64,000 nucleotides of DNA from a virus: the IMG/VR virus record IMGVR_UViG_3300028840_004314, positions 1 to 64,000 of that record; one strand, written 5' to 3'. The notes under the pieces are model-generated. The model saw only the letters and a program-made list of their open reading frames with translations. It made no database searches and was not told where the DNA came from. Below are positions 35,683 to 44,845 of the stretch, in pieces. How positions within the stretch are numbered: position 1 is the first letter of the stretch; each line of letters opens with the position of its first letter. The translations under genes were made by a program, and so were the position numbers.

Positions 35683-36375
35683 ATGAGTCGAGTACAAGTA
35701 CATCTACCTTCAGGGTGCCAGCCCTACCCTGAGGTAGATCCGGAGGAGGTTTACCTACACACCTTTAAGGGTAAACACCAGCAAATCATCGCCGAGATGG
35801 GCCCTAAGAATCTGAAGAAGAAGTTCCTCCACTTGATGGAGGATGTTTTGGAGGGTCCGGATCCCAAACTTCTCACTTCTGGAGACGTAAAACACATCAT
35901 GCTGTGGGAGTTAATCAACTCCTATTCTCATCTGTACGGCGTACGATTCCAGTGTCCTGCATGTCAGTTGAAGGTGAAAATGCAGGTGGATCTTACCATG
36001 ATTGAAAGCCATGAGATGATTTCCTTTTCTGGACATCACGAGGTGGAACTTTCCGATGGGAAAACAATGCGGATTCGTCCGTATACCATAATGGATGAAA
36101 TAGAATCCGTGAATTACGCCTTGTCAGGAAAATCCCCCGTGCTTTACGATTTGGCGTTGACAATGATTCTGGAGGATACAAACGTTCTGGAGCGGTTGAC
36201 GATGTTAGAGAACATGGACGCCAGGGATGTACAAGCCATTCAGCAAGGACACAAGGAGTTGGAACATGGACCTGACATGTTGGCTCCTTTCACTTGTCCC
36301 TACTGTGATGAGGAGGACCGCGTCGCGGTTCCCTTTCGGTTTGACGGAATTATTCTCCTCGGGATGGGATCTTGA
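35683..36375 (+). CDS. Baseplate hub/tail assembly chaperone (gp26-like)
   Basis: LPSG..Y, L..GD, CPAC...CPYC; between tube and tape measure. Confidence 0.8.
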   Translation: MSRVQVHLPSGCQPYPEVDPEEVYLHTFKGKHQQIIAEMGPKNLKKKFLHLMEDVLEGPDPKLLTSGDVKHIMLWELINSYSHLYGVRFQCPACQLKVKMQVDLTMIESHEMISFSGHHEVELSDGKTMRIRPYTIMDEIESVNYALSGKSPVLYDLALTMILEDTNVLERLTMLENMDARDVQAIQQGHKELEHGPDMLAPFTCPYCDEEDRVAVPFRFDGIILLGMGS

Positions 36376-36541
36376 ACAATTATGGGGCTGTAAATTCGAT
36401 CTGTTGTATTACACTTCCATAGGAGGGGAGGCGTTTGATAATACGGATCTGAAACAATTGAAATGGCTCCATGGGAAACTGATCGAACAAAGAAAAAAGG
36501 AAATGGAACCTCCTAACAAGGTTGTAGAATACCCGAGTTGA
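36335..36541 (+). CDS. gp51-like chaperone extension, probably reached by a +1 frameshift from the upstream gene
   Basis: +1 frame reads FGLTELFSSG...FDLLYY...LKWL..KLIEQRKKE; no RBS-supported start; CCC TTT CGG at 36331-36339. Confidence 0.6.
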   Translation, partial: FGLTELFSSGWDLEQLWGCKFDLLYYTSIGGEAFDNTDLKQLKWLHGKLIEQRKKEMEPPNKVVEYPS

Positions 36542-36542
36542 A

Positions 36543-38120
36543 ATGGCTAAACAGATCCTAACCAAAGCGAGCGTTGATAAGGCCATACTCCTTCAAAAGA
36601 GATTGGCGGAGGCGTACCTTCCCTTCTTTCAGTACGCTGTAACCTTCCTGGACGAACTGGGAAAACAGGGTAGGGATGAAAAAGGACGATACACTCCGAA
36701 ACGTCAGGTACGGGAGGCCTCCTTGGCTCGGGCGGCCATTGGGTACACCAAGAGATCCATTCGACTTATTGCGAAGGTGTACTTGAGTGAGACAAAACCA
36801 GAGGACAAGGATCTACAGGAACTTAATTTCAATCTGGACATTATACAGCAAAACTATGATGACATAGTACAGCTGTTGGATTCCGAGGAACAGGTGGCTG
36901 GTAAGTTGGACGACGCCTTGTCCAATCTGGGTTTGTCTGCCAGGGATTTGGATATGCGAGTCAAGGCCCAGCGGAAACGTCGACAAAGTGGGAGGGCTGG
37001 TCTTCGTCAGGGATTTGGTATACCGTACTTCAAGACGATCGCCGCCTACGGAGGTTTGAAGGCCGTTACGCAGGCCCTAGGTCCGTTGATGGGTCCTTTG
37101 TATGGTCCGCTTTCCCTATTGGGAGATATTGGTTTTGGTGTAGGTCGTGGTGGTATTGGTTTGTACAACACTCTTTTCAACAGGGAAAAGGGTGGGCCAA
37201 TTGGTGGAGGTATAACTGACTTTAGTTTCCTGGAGGATGACGTTCCGATGGGACAGCCGGCGGCCGCCCCCGCAGCTACTGCGGCAGGTCCTTCAATTTC
37301 TCCGGCAGCCATCAAAAGCTCCATAACTGGTGGAATATCCGCTGGGCTGTTTGACTTTTTTAATGATGGGGCCCTTAAAGCCAAGTACACTGCCAGGGCC
37401 TTAAGAGCCTTGGAAACCATGGCCGGTCAGGATGGGAAAGGTGGAAAGTCCTCTTGGATTGGTAAGTTGGGGGATACATTCAAGTCAGTACTGGCTGGTA
37501 TGGGACTGAGCGGTGGATTATCTGGGTTGTTATCCTCCTCCATTGTAAAGGGATTGGCCAAGTCATCCTTTGCGATCGCCGCCGCGGCTGTTACATTGTA
37601 CGCCGGGAAGGTGTTGTGGGATCGTTGGGAGAAGACAAAGGATGCTGTAGGAGAGTTTATAGAATCCCGTGGTAGGGAAACAGGATTCACCCAAAAACTG
37701 TTGGACCAGGCCCGTGCCCGACGTGAGGCTGGCGATTTTGAAGGTGCCAACCGATTGGAGGCCTCGGCTTACGCCACCTCCGAACAGGGAAAGTTAGTTA
37801 CAGCGGAACAAATGTACGGGGCCATAACAGGTACTCCTATACCCTCAGGGGAAGGGCTGCCAGAGGTGCCTATTGGAACCAGAAACCCCGAATTAGATGC
37901 CGTAATGGATAAGGTATTCCCCAATATGGGACCCAAACTTCCTACAAGGGAGCAGCTGTCCCAGCCAGATCCATTCGCTTCTCCGGCTTGGCAGGAGTTT
38001 TTGAAAGAATTGAAAGCCATGAATCAAGGCGGTAGTCTAGACACAGAACGTATGATGGAGCCATCCCCCGTGGGTACTTCCAGGGAGACGGACGCCATTA
38101 ACAGAATACCGGGTGAATAA
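36543..38120 (+). CDS. Tape-measure-like protein
   Basis: Helical and Gly/Ala-rich with hydrophobic segments; between chaperone and baseplate genes. Confidence 0.7.
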   Translation: MAKQILTKASVDKAILLQKRLAEAYLPFFQYAVTFLDELGKQGRDEKGRYTPKRQVREASLARAAIGYTKRSIRLIAKVYLSETKPEDKDLQELNFNLDIIQQNYDDIVQLLDSEEQVAGKLDDALSNLGLSARDLDMRVKAQRKRRQSGRAGLRQGFGIPYFKTIAAYGGLKAVTQALGPLMGPLYGPLSLLGDIGFGVGRGGIGLYNTLFNREKGGPIGGGITDFSFLEDDVPMGQPAAAPAATAAGPSISPAAIKSSITGGISAGLFDFFNDGALKAKYTARALRALETMAGQDGKGGKSSWIGKLGDTFKSVLAGMGLSGGLSGLLSSSIVKGLAKSSFAIAAAAVTLYAGKVLWDRWEKTKDAVGEFIESRGRETGFTQKLLDQARARREAGDFEGANRLEASAYATSEQGKLVTAEQMYGAITGTPIPSGEGLPEVPIGTRNPELDAVMDKVFPNMGPKLPTREQLSQPDPFASPAWQEFLKELKAMNQGGSLDTERMMEPSPVGTSRETDAINRIPGE

Positions 38121-38122
38121 TT

Positions 38123-38998
38123 ATGGGTACTACATCGAATGTAGTTTCATTTAGTGCCACCATTAGTAACGCTACTGGTGTTATCAATTCTTCTGCCAGA
38201 TCCTACCAGGATACTCGATGGGGCCCCGCCGGAGACTTTGGTTATGTGGGACAGAGTGTCAATCCCAATTATGTAATCATCATCCGAAGTCAGCAGTTGA
38301 TGTGTTCGGTTAGGGCCTTGTTACAAGACAAGTTTACCATGAAGGCCACGTCGGAATGGCGTTCTGTTTTTGGTGGTGGTAGAATATCCTCCCGTATTCA
38401 AGAGGGTATCCAATATCTAACAGGAAGGGCCCTTGTGAATAAGTTGATGTCCCGTCGAATATGGTCGGGCACATCTCCTTTGACATTTACTATTCCATTG
38501 AAATTCGAAGCTCTGGACGATGCTCTATCCGAGGTGTTTCTTCCCTGTCTGAAGCTGGAGCAAATGGTTTTACCTACCCAGTTTGACACCAATAGTACAG
38601 GGGAGGTAGCTGTGGAGGGACAGGGAAGAGGCCTGTTGAATAGGTTCTCTGTTACTCCTCCTGGACCGTCTCCGTATGAGGATCTTCCTGGTTGGAAGGA
38701 TGATGACTCCAGACGTAAAGGGTCGGAGCGTATTAGTGTTTCCATTGGCAATTTGGTGAACTTCCCCAACGTTATTATGAGGGAAGTTACAATCGATCTT
38801 GCTAACAAGTTCACGGAGGAAGGGCATCCAGTATCTGGCACGGCGAACATAGTCTTTGAAACCTACACCATGCTAACAAAGGAAGATGTACTTGGTGGGG
38901 AGGAGGCTTTCGCCAGTACCAAGGGACGTGCAGAAAATAGTTCTTTGGTCTCCGCGGTACTTAGTGGTAGTGAAAAGTATGGAGTGATAGCCGGATGA
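38123..38998 (+). CDS. Baseplate/tube-junction protein (gp48-like)
   Basis: WSGTSPLTF.I.L.F, ISVSIG, G.PVS; position. Confidence 0.6.
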   Translation: MGTTSNVVSFSATISNATGVINSSARSYQDTRWGPAGDFGYVGQSVNPNYVIIIRSQQLMCSVRALLQDKFTMKATSEWRSVFGGGRISSRIQEGIQYLTGRALVNKLMSRRIWSGTSPLTFTIPLKFEALDDALSEVFLPCLKLEQMVLPTQFDTNSTGEVAVEGQGRGLLNRFSVTPPGPSPYEDLPGWKDDDSRRKGSERISVSIGNLVNFPNVIMREVTIDLANKFTEEGHPVSGTANIVFETYTMLTKEDVLGGEEAFASTKGRAENSSLVSAVLSGSEKYGVIAG

Positions 38999-39300
38999 AC
39001 CGACTAAAATTCTTCCAAAAAGTAACTGTAAACGGTACTCCAGAGGTGGACTTCCTCTGGAACAATCTGTCGAAATTCGAACTGAAATACGAGCCGTTCT
39101 ACTATCGTATTGAAGAAGAGGATTTCATGCGGCCAGATCTTATCAGTTACAAGATATATGGCTCAGTAAGATACTGGTGGGTGATCCTCTTGGTGAATAA
39201 AGTACAGGACCCTTACTCGGAGTTGACAGTAGGAGCCCTTATTCAACTACCGTCTATGCAGGACATCTATGAGTTCAACAAACGCTGGAGAGCCCGTTAA
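38995..39300 (+). CDS. Baseplate wedge LysM protein (gp53-like)
   Basis: RPDLISYKIYG...YWWVILLVN...DP. Confidence 0.9.
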   Translation: MNRLKFFQKVTVNGTPEVDFLWNNLSKFELKYEPFYYRIEEEDFMRPDLISYKIYGSVRYWWVILLVNKVQDPYSELTVGALIQLPSMQDIYEFNKRWRAR

Positions 39301-40532
39301 TGGCCGTAGCTGCCCAATCTGTTCCTACTGGTTTACCAGGTGAATACAGTCTTCGTGTGAAGTTTGCGAACGACGACGATCTTGTTTTGGATCCTCGGGG
39401 TATTCGTGAACTCAGTATCACACACGACCTGAACAGAACACTTCCTTCCTTTAGGTTGAAGACGGAGGATGGTACTGGTATACTAAGCCATTTCACCAGC
39501 GTAGATGTCACGCGAACCATAACAATTGAAATTGGGAGTAAGTCGGGGGAATTGGATCCTTTTGTATCGTATACGTTCGACGACTATCGGAAGTTTCCAA
39601 ATTCCAATGACATCTATGACATTGAAGGGCTGTTGTCAGTACCTAATGTGTTTTCTCCTAGTTTCTGTAGGTCGTTTTCCTCCCCTAAGGCCGCCATCGA
39701 ACAGGTGGGTGCCGACATGGGAATGGATGAAGTAGTTGTAAGTTCCAGTCTGGATTACGATAGGAACATCGTACAGCCGGATTGGTCGAATGCCACCTTT
39801 CTGAATTATCTGTCCAGTACGGTGGTAGGGGCCTCCCAGGAGGCCGGGTACTATTATTTCATCCGCAAGGAGGACCAGAAACTTAAGTTGTTTTTCAAAC
39901 ACCTTGGAGAATTAGTTCACTCTCCAGTTAAGTACAATTTCGTGGTGGGATCCGCCTTCGAGACCAAAACCAAGAAGGGTGATACCGTTCAGTACTATCC
40001 AGTATGGAATTACCGCGTTGAGGAAAACCACCTGACGGTTGGAATCAAAGGCCTGACAAAACGTGGATACACGTATTTCGACTACGATACAGGAACCTTC
40101 AAATACAATGAAGTGAATTTGGATTCCTTCCCGTCCTGTGCGGAGGCCTTTCTGATATCCAAGGATGATGACGCCGGACGTTTTCTGGATGTAGATACAG
40201 GTCAGACAAGCGCATACACCTCGGACTTTGTGGGACAGGTAAAGGGAACACATTACAAGAGAACAAACAAACTCGTACGGATGTGGATAACGTCCTTTGG
40301 TTTAGGGGATCTACATTCTGGTGATACTATTCTGTTAAAGTGGACTATTGGTGTTCTTCCGAACAGTGAGATGGAGTACCAGTACCAGGGGTACTGGATG
40401 GTGGAGAAGGTGATACATAGGTTCGGTATGACTTGGATCTCCGAGATTCTACTTTGTAGGAATGGAGTAGATGTTGGGGATCTAAACACATCCTTGGAAG
40501 TCGCCAGTAGAGTTCAAAGGAAGAAGGTATAA
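39300..40532 (+). CDS. Baseplate hub (gp27/gpD-like)
   Basis: Q..WSN..FL, G...L..GD.I, YQGYWMVEKVIH. Confidence 0.75.
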   Translation: MAVAAQSVPTGLPGEYSLRVKFANDDDLVLDPRGIRELSITHDLNRTLPSFRLKTEDGTGILSHFTSVDVTRTITIEIGSKSGELDPFVSYTFDDYRKFPNSNDIYDIEGLLSVPNVFSPSFCRSFSSPKAAIEQVGADMGMDEVVVSSSLDYDRNIVQPDWSNATFLNYLSSTVVGASQEAGYYYFIRKEDQKLKLFFKHLGELVHSPVKYNFVVGSAFETKTKKGDTVQYYPVWNYRVEENHLTVGIKGLTKRGYTYFDYDTGTFKYNEVNLDSFPSCAEAFLISKDDDAGRFLDVDTGQTSAYTSDFVGQVKGTHYKRTNKLVRMWITSFGLGDLHSGDTILLKWTIGVLPNSEMEYQYQGYWMVEKVIHRFGMTWISEILLCRNGVDVGDLNTSLEVASRVQRKKV

Positions 40533-40807
40533 TGGCTTCAAAAAACATAGCTTGTTTAGGTGATGGGGCCACTCACTCGGGTTCTATTGTCACATCCGGG
40601 CAGGATGGGAGCTTCACGCTCAACGGGTTGGAAGTCGCCGTGGAAGGGGCCCGATTTTCTTGTAACATAAAGAAACATGGAACGACGGATATTACACCGG
40701 CTTCCACCACTACTGGTGCCAATGGGAAAGCCATCATAGGTACTGGTTCCGTGGCTGGCTGTGGGGCCGTGATAACGCCTCCGGATAGAAAGGCCTACAT
40801 AGGATGA
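40532..40807 (+). CDS. PAAR-domain spike tip protein
   Basis: IACLGD..TH.G, NG..VA..G...C...HG, GS...CGA.I. Confidence 0.9.
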   Translation: MASKNIACLGDGATHSGSIVTSGQDGSFTLNGLEVAVEGARFSCNIKKHGTTDITPASTTTGANGKAIIGTGSVAGCGAVITPPDRKAYIG

Positions 40808-41451
40808 GAGAGTTACTAGACATCTTATTTGAAGCTGACGAAAAGAAACGTCATCGGGATTTGTTTCGTCCTGTAACTCCGGAGGAACAGGATGAAATGT
40901 ACAAGGAGGAGGTTCGTGGATTTATCGAATGGGTTCAGGCTCTACCAGGTATTATAGTACATCGCGATGGTTCTTTGTCTACCAACGGAGATGTTAACAT
41001 AGCGGACTGGTTGGACGGATATACTGGCGGGGAAGAAGTGCAATTAGACGGACAACTTCCGTTCAAGTTTAGGTACGTTGGAGGAGATTTTGACTGTTCC
41101 CACTTACTTCTTCATACACTTAAGGGTTGTCCTAGAAATGTAGGAGGAAGTTTCTTTTGTGAACATAACAGTTTGGACTCTCTGGAAGGTGGTCCTAACA
41201 AAGTGGGAGGGATGTACGATTGTTCCGACAATGAATTAACTACTTTGTATGGTGTGGCAGACACGATTGGGGACAATCGAGTTTTTGACTGTTCAAATAA
41301 CGCGTTAGAGGAGATAGATGAACTTCCTTCAAATGTGGATGGTTGTGATGTGGTTGCCGGCGGTAATGTAGAGTATCAGAAGAGGATGGTCTACGACTAC
41401 TTCGGAGAGGATTACGACGAGGATGATGAAGATTGGGAGATAGAGGCGTAA
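40804..41451 (+). CDS. Phage LRR-like repeat protein with leader and HRDLF tag, inside the baseplate module
   Basis: MRELLDILFE-ADEKKR-HRDLFRPVTPEE; LxTLxGCPxxVGGxFxCxxN repeats. Confidence 0.85.
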   Translation: MRELLDILFEADEKKRHRDLFRPVTPEEQDEMYKEEVRGFIEWVQALPGIIVHRDGSLSTNGDVNIADWLDGYTGGEEVQLDGQLPFKFRYVGGDFDCSHLLLHTLKGCPRNVGGSFFCEHNSLDSLEGGPNKVGGMYDCSDNELTTLYGVADTIGDNRVFDCSNNALEEIDELPSNVDGCDVVAGGNVEYQKRMVYDYFGEDYDEDDEDWEIEA

Positions 41452-41729
41452 TGGAGAGGCCTGAGGAAAGTACTAAATTACAGCGGGTATGTAGTAAACG
41501 TACCATATGTGAAGTACATCGTCAGATAAAAGATTTGGTATTTTTCGATGGTGACAAAAAGGAGATTTTGGCTTTAGTGGATGAAGCCTTTGAGATGGGT
41601 GTGGCGATGACTAAGAAGTTGGTGGAGTACAAGTGTAGTTTGCCTGACTGGAAAAAGAACACCAACAAGGAGGAGATCGCCCGTATTCGGAAACTACGAT
41701 TGGAATTGGAACGTCATGACAATGGATGA
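41451..41729 (+). CDS. Small hypothetical protein
   Basis: RTICEVHRQI...EAFEMG..M.KKL.EYK; coupled. Confidence 0.65.
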   Translation: MERPEESTKLQRVCSKRTICEVHRQIKDLVFFDGDKKEILALVDEAFEMGVAMTKKLVEYKCSLPDWKKNTNKEEIARIRKLRLELERHDNG

Positions 41730-42414
41730 TCACAAGTTTACAGGAATGTACCGCGGAAAAGTACTGGCTACCGACGCCAATGAGTCCAACCAATATGGAC
41801 GGCTCAAGGTGGAGGTATATCCCATGATGTTGGGTAAAGCCACTGCCGTGGAACAAGGGAAACTGGGCAACACAGTTGAAGGAATGACTACATCACAAAT
41901 GCCTTGGGCTGTTCCTGCAACTCCACTCTTCTCTGGGGCTGGATCTGGACATGGTTGGTTCGCTGTACCTGAGGTAGGATCCTATGTGTTCGTGTTCTTT
42001 TTGGAGGGCGACATCAACCAACCAGTGTACTTTGCGGAGGCCCCCACGGGATCCCACGGACTACCGGCCTCCCGTACGACTAATTACCCTGCCAGGAGGG
42101 TCCTCCGGACCAAGGCTGGGTTGGAAGTCATCTTTGACGATACTGACACCCAGATCGATATAAAACAGCCTACAGGGTCGTACATTCGGTTGGACAGCGA
42201 TGGTAATATCAAGGTGGTAGCCACGGGAGATGTAGATGTACAATCGGAGGGTGACACAAACATAACATCTGAGGGTGATACACAAATAACGACAACTAAA
42301 AGTGCGAAGGTGAACTCCACAGAAGGGGTACAAGTTACAAGTGTAGGTCCCGTTACAGTAACATCTTCTTCCACAGTAACCATAACTGGAACAGCCGTGA
42401 GTATAAACACATGA
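41716..42414 (+). CDS. Baseplate central spike (gp5/VgrG-like OB fold plus beta-helix)
   Basis: YRGKV, GRLKV, WAVP, VPEVGS.V.V.F.EGD...PVY; Val/Thr beta repeats. Confidence 0.92.
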   Translation: MTMDDHKFTGMYRGKVLATDANESNQYGRLKVEVYPMMLGKATAVEQGKLGNTVEGMTTSQMPWAVPATPLFSGAGSGHGWFAVPEVGSYVFVFFLEGDINQPVYFAEAPTGSHGLPASRTTNYPARRVLRTKAGLEVIFDDTDTQIDIKQPTGSYIRLDSDGNIKVVATGDVDVQSEGDTNITSEGDTQITTTKSAKVNSTEGVQVTSVGPVTVTSSSTVTITGTAVSINT

Positions 42415-42713
42415 ACCTAATACAACAACTAATGGAAGCCGATGATGGACATCGCGAACTGTTTCGTCCTATGGACAGTAAGGAAGTACACAAGGCTGAT
42501 GCCAATATGTCTGTGGATGATCTAAACAGGGAGGCCAATAATGTGTATCAACAGTTTCGTTCGGAACTCATAGAGATGGTCAAACACATTGGGGAAGGTC
42601 GTGGGGAGAATTTGCTGGAAGGTGTGTGTGAATTTATCTACGAGGACAGGCAGGAAATCATTGATATGATCATCGAGGGACTGGGCAATCCTGGTATGTT
42701 TGGAGCAGGCTAA
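42411..42713 (+). CDS. Small helical protein with leader and HRELF tag
   Basis: MNLIQQLME-ADDG-HRELFRPMDSKE. Confidence 0.75.
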   Translation: MNLIQQLMEADDGHRELFRPMDSKEVHKADANMSVDDLNREANNVYQQFRSELIEMVKHIGEGRGENLLEGVCEFIYEDRQEIIDMIIEGLGNPGMFGAG

Positions 42714-43111
42714 TGGCACTTGTAAGTACAATTGAAACAGTATGGAGTGACTTGGATCCGGCCTTGGTGACGGATGCTCAGGGGGATATCAAGAAGGGAC
42801 TGAACCTGGAGGCGGTGAAGGGATCCATTGACAATATACTTCACACAAACCGCGGGGAGAGATTATGGCTTCCTGAATTTGGATCTTCCCTGATGGATGT
42901 GTTATTCGAGCCCATTAGTGAAGAAACCTTTGCGAATTTGGCCTCCACCTTGAAAGAAGAATTGACGAAATGGGATGATCGCATTATAATCAATTCCATT
43001 GATTACACGGGTGATCCTGATTCCCACCAAATTACTTTGAAAATGCAATTCAGTGCTCGTGGGTACGATAGTGTTTTCCAGTACTCCACTACAATTGTTG
43101 GTACAGGATAA
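42713..43111 (+). CDS. Baseplate wedge/sheath initiator (gp25-like)
   Basis: SI.NIL.T.RGER..LPEFGS.L...LFEP, WDDRI. Confidence 0.93.
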   Translation: MALVSTIETVWSDLDPALVTDAQGDIKKGLNLEAVKGSIDNILHTNRGERLWLPEFGSSLMDVLFEPISEETFANLASTLKEELTKWDDRIIINSIDYTGDPDSHQITLKMQFSARGYDSVFQYSTTIVGTG

Positions 43112-43117
43112 TCAATT

Positions 43118-44830
43118 ATGGCTACAACTAATCCCCTCAGCTATACCACGTACGACTTTGACTCCATCAAAACACAGTTGGAGACAAGGTTGAAAGCCAC
43201 GGACGCCTGGAAGGACACTTATGAATCCTCCACTGGGCAGACGATGATCGAGATGTTGGCTGCCACTCTCCAACTGGCTATGTTCTATCTGGAGAGAAGG
43301 GCGGAGGAGTGTTACATTGACACAGCCCAGAATCGTTCCAGCGTGGTGAATCTGTGTAGACTAATCAATTACACACCTAAACGGAAAATCTCCGCCACAG
43401 GAACGCTGACATTCTCTATCGCCACAGCCAAATCTGTACGTGTGTACATCCCTCAGTACACCTCTTGCCAGACAGTCAACGGGGTGAAGTTTGTTACTAC
43501 TACGGATGTAACTATTGAGGCTGGACAAACCTCTGTGGATGTAACTGCCATTGAAGGATCGCTCATCACAGAGTCCTTCACTGGTGATGGTACAGCCGAT
43601 CAGGAACTATCCATAGACGATACGGCCGTGGAGAATGACGACCATACCGCCATCACTGGGTTTTCAGCCATCCGTGTAACTGTGGCGGGGGAGGATTGGA
43701 CAAAAGTAACATCCTTCCTGTCATCCACCAACACCAGCAAGCACTACCGTCTCAGGGAGGAATTGGATCAGACGATGACCGTCATATTCGGGGATGATAT
43801 CCGTGGAAAGGCCCCAGAAACTGGTGATACCATCACCGTGAGATACATTCGATCCACTGGGGCGGACGGTAACGTGTACGAGACGGGGAAGGTCACCACC
43901 CTAAATGACACTATTTACGACGCGGCTTCCGCAGAAACTACTGTTACTGTAACTAACAGTACAACTATGTCGGGTGGGGATGATGAAGAGGGGATCGAGG
44001 AGATTCGGACGGAGGCCCCCGATGTGTTTAGTACGGGGGACAGGGCAGTTACGAAGAACGATTTCAAGGCCCTCATCCAAAACTATGGTAGTGTAGCGGA
44101 CGTAAACGTGTGGGGAGAGAATGAGGAGAGTCCGCCCAACTACAACATGTTCAACAAGGTAAGGATTGTGATGTTGATCGACGGGTGGGCGGATCCCACT
44201 ACAAGTTTCAAGACGGCCCTGTCGGATTACTTGTACGAGAAATCCATGTTGACGGTGAAGTACGAGTACATCGACGCCCAGATTTTGAACGTTATTGCCA
44301 TGGTTGATGCCACCGTCAACGAAGGATATTCACTAAGCCAGACGGAGTCTGATATTGGTACTGCGTTGGACGCCGAATTCGTGTTGGGTTCCACTACCAA
44401 GTTGGGAACCAGTAAGTATGTGTCGAACTTGATTGAAACCATCGACGATTTGGCAGCCATTAACTATCATCATTTAACCCTTGAAATCAAACAAACACTT
44501 TCAACTTCAGCAGATTCAGGATACGATTATGGGGCAACACTGTACGCCACACCTTTGAAGACTTCAAGTGTAAAGGTGTATGTTGGCAGTACTCAGGTAG
44601 CCATCGACGATGGTTCTGGGGCCTTAACTGATCAGTCCTCCACATACACAGTTACTGGTACTGTAAATTACACTACTGGTGCTGTGAATGTAAACTTCAC
44701 GCCTGACGTATCTGGGGAGAGCGTTTACGTTCGATACCGACAGGATCAGAACGGGGATATCATTGTAGGCAACAAACAGGTATGCAAATTGGATTCCACC
44801 GAGGTTTCAAGCATCGCATACGTATCTTAG
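43118..44830 (+). CDS. Baseplate wedge (gp6/baseplate J-like)
   Basis: DFDSIK..L, E.YIDTA..RSSV, FGD...GK.P, GG.D.E..EEIR..AP, RAVT..DF. Confidence 0.93.
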   Translation: MATTNPLSYTTYDFDSIKTQLETRLKATDAWKDTYESSTGQTMIEMLAATLQLAMFYLERRAEECYIDTAQNRSSVVNLCRLINYTPKRKISATGTLTFSIATAKSVRVYIPQYTSCQTVNGVKFVTTTDVTIEAGQTSVDVTAIEGSLITESFTGDGTADQELSIDDTAVENDDHTAITGFSAIRVTVAGEDWTKVTSFLSSTNTSKHYRLREELDQTMTVIFGDDIRGKAPETGDTITVRYIRSTGADGNVYETGKVTTLNDTIYDAASAETTVTVTNSTTMSGGDDEEGIEEIRTEAPDVFSTGDRAVTKNDFKALIQNYGSVADVNVWGENEESPPNYNMFNKVRIVMLIDGWADPTTSFKTALSDYLYEKSMLTVKYEYIDAQILNVIAMVDATVNEGYSLSQTESDIGTALDAEFVLGSTTKLGTSKYVSNLIETIDDLAAINYHHLTLEIKQTLSTSADSGYDYGATLYATPLKTSSVKVYVGSTQVAIDDGSGALTDQSSTYTVTGTVNYTTGAVNVNFTPDVSGESVYVRYRQDQNGDIIVGNKQVCKLDSTEVSSIAYVS

Positions 44831-44845
44831 TACTGGAGTTTTAAA

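Noticed and set aside
159-42713. EAHRDLF copies as a DNA repeat, mobile element end or CRISPR-like repeat
   Set aside because: Third codon positions vary freely and spacing is irregular; conservation is at the peptide level only
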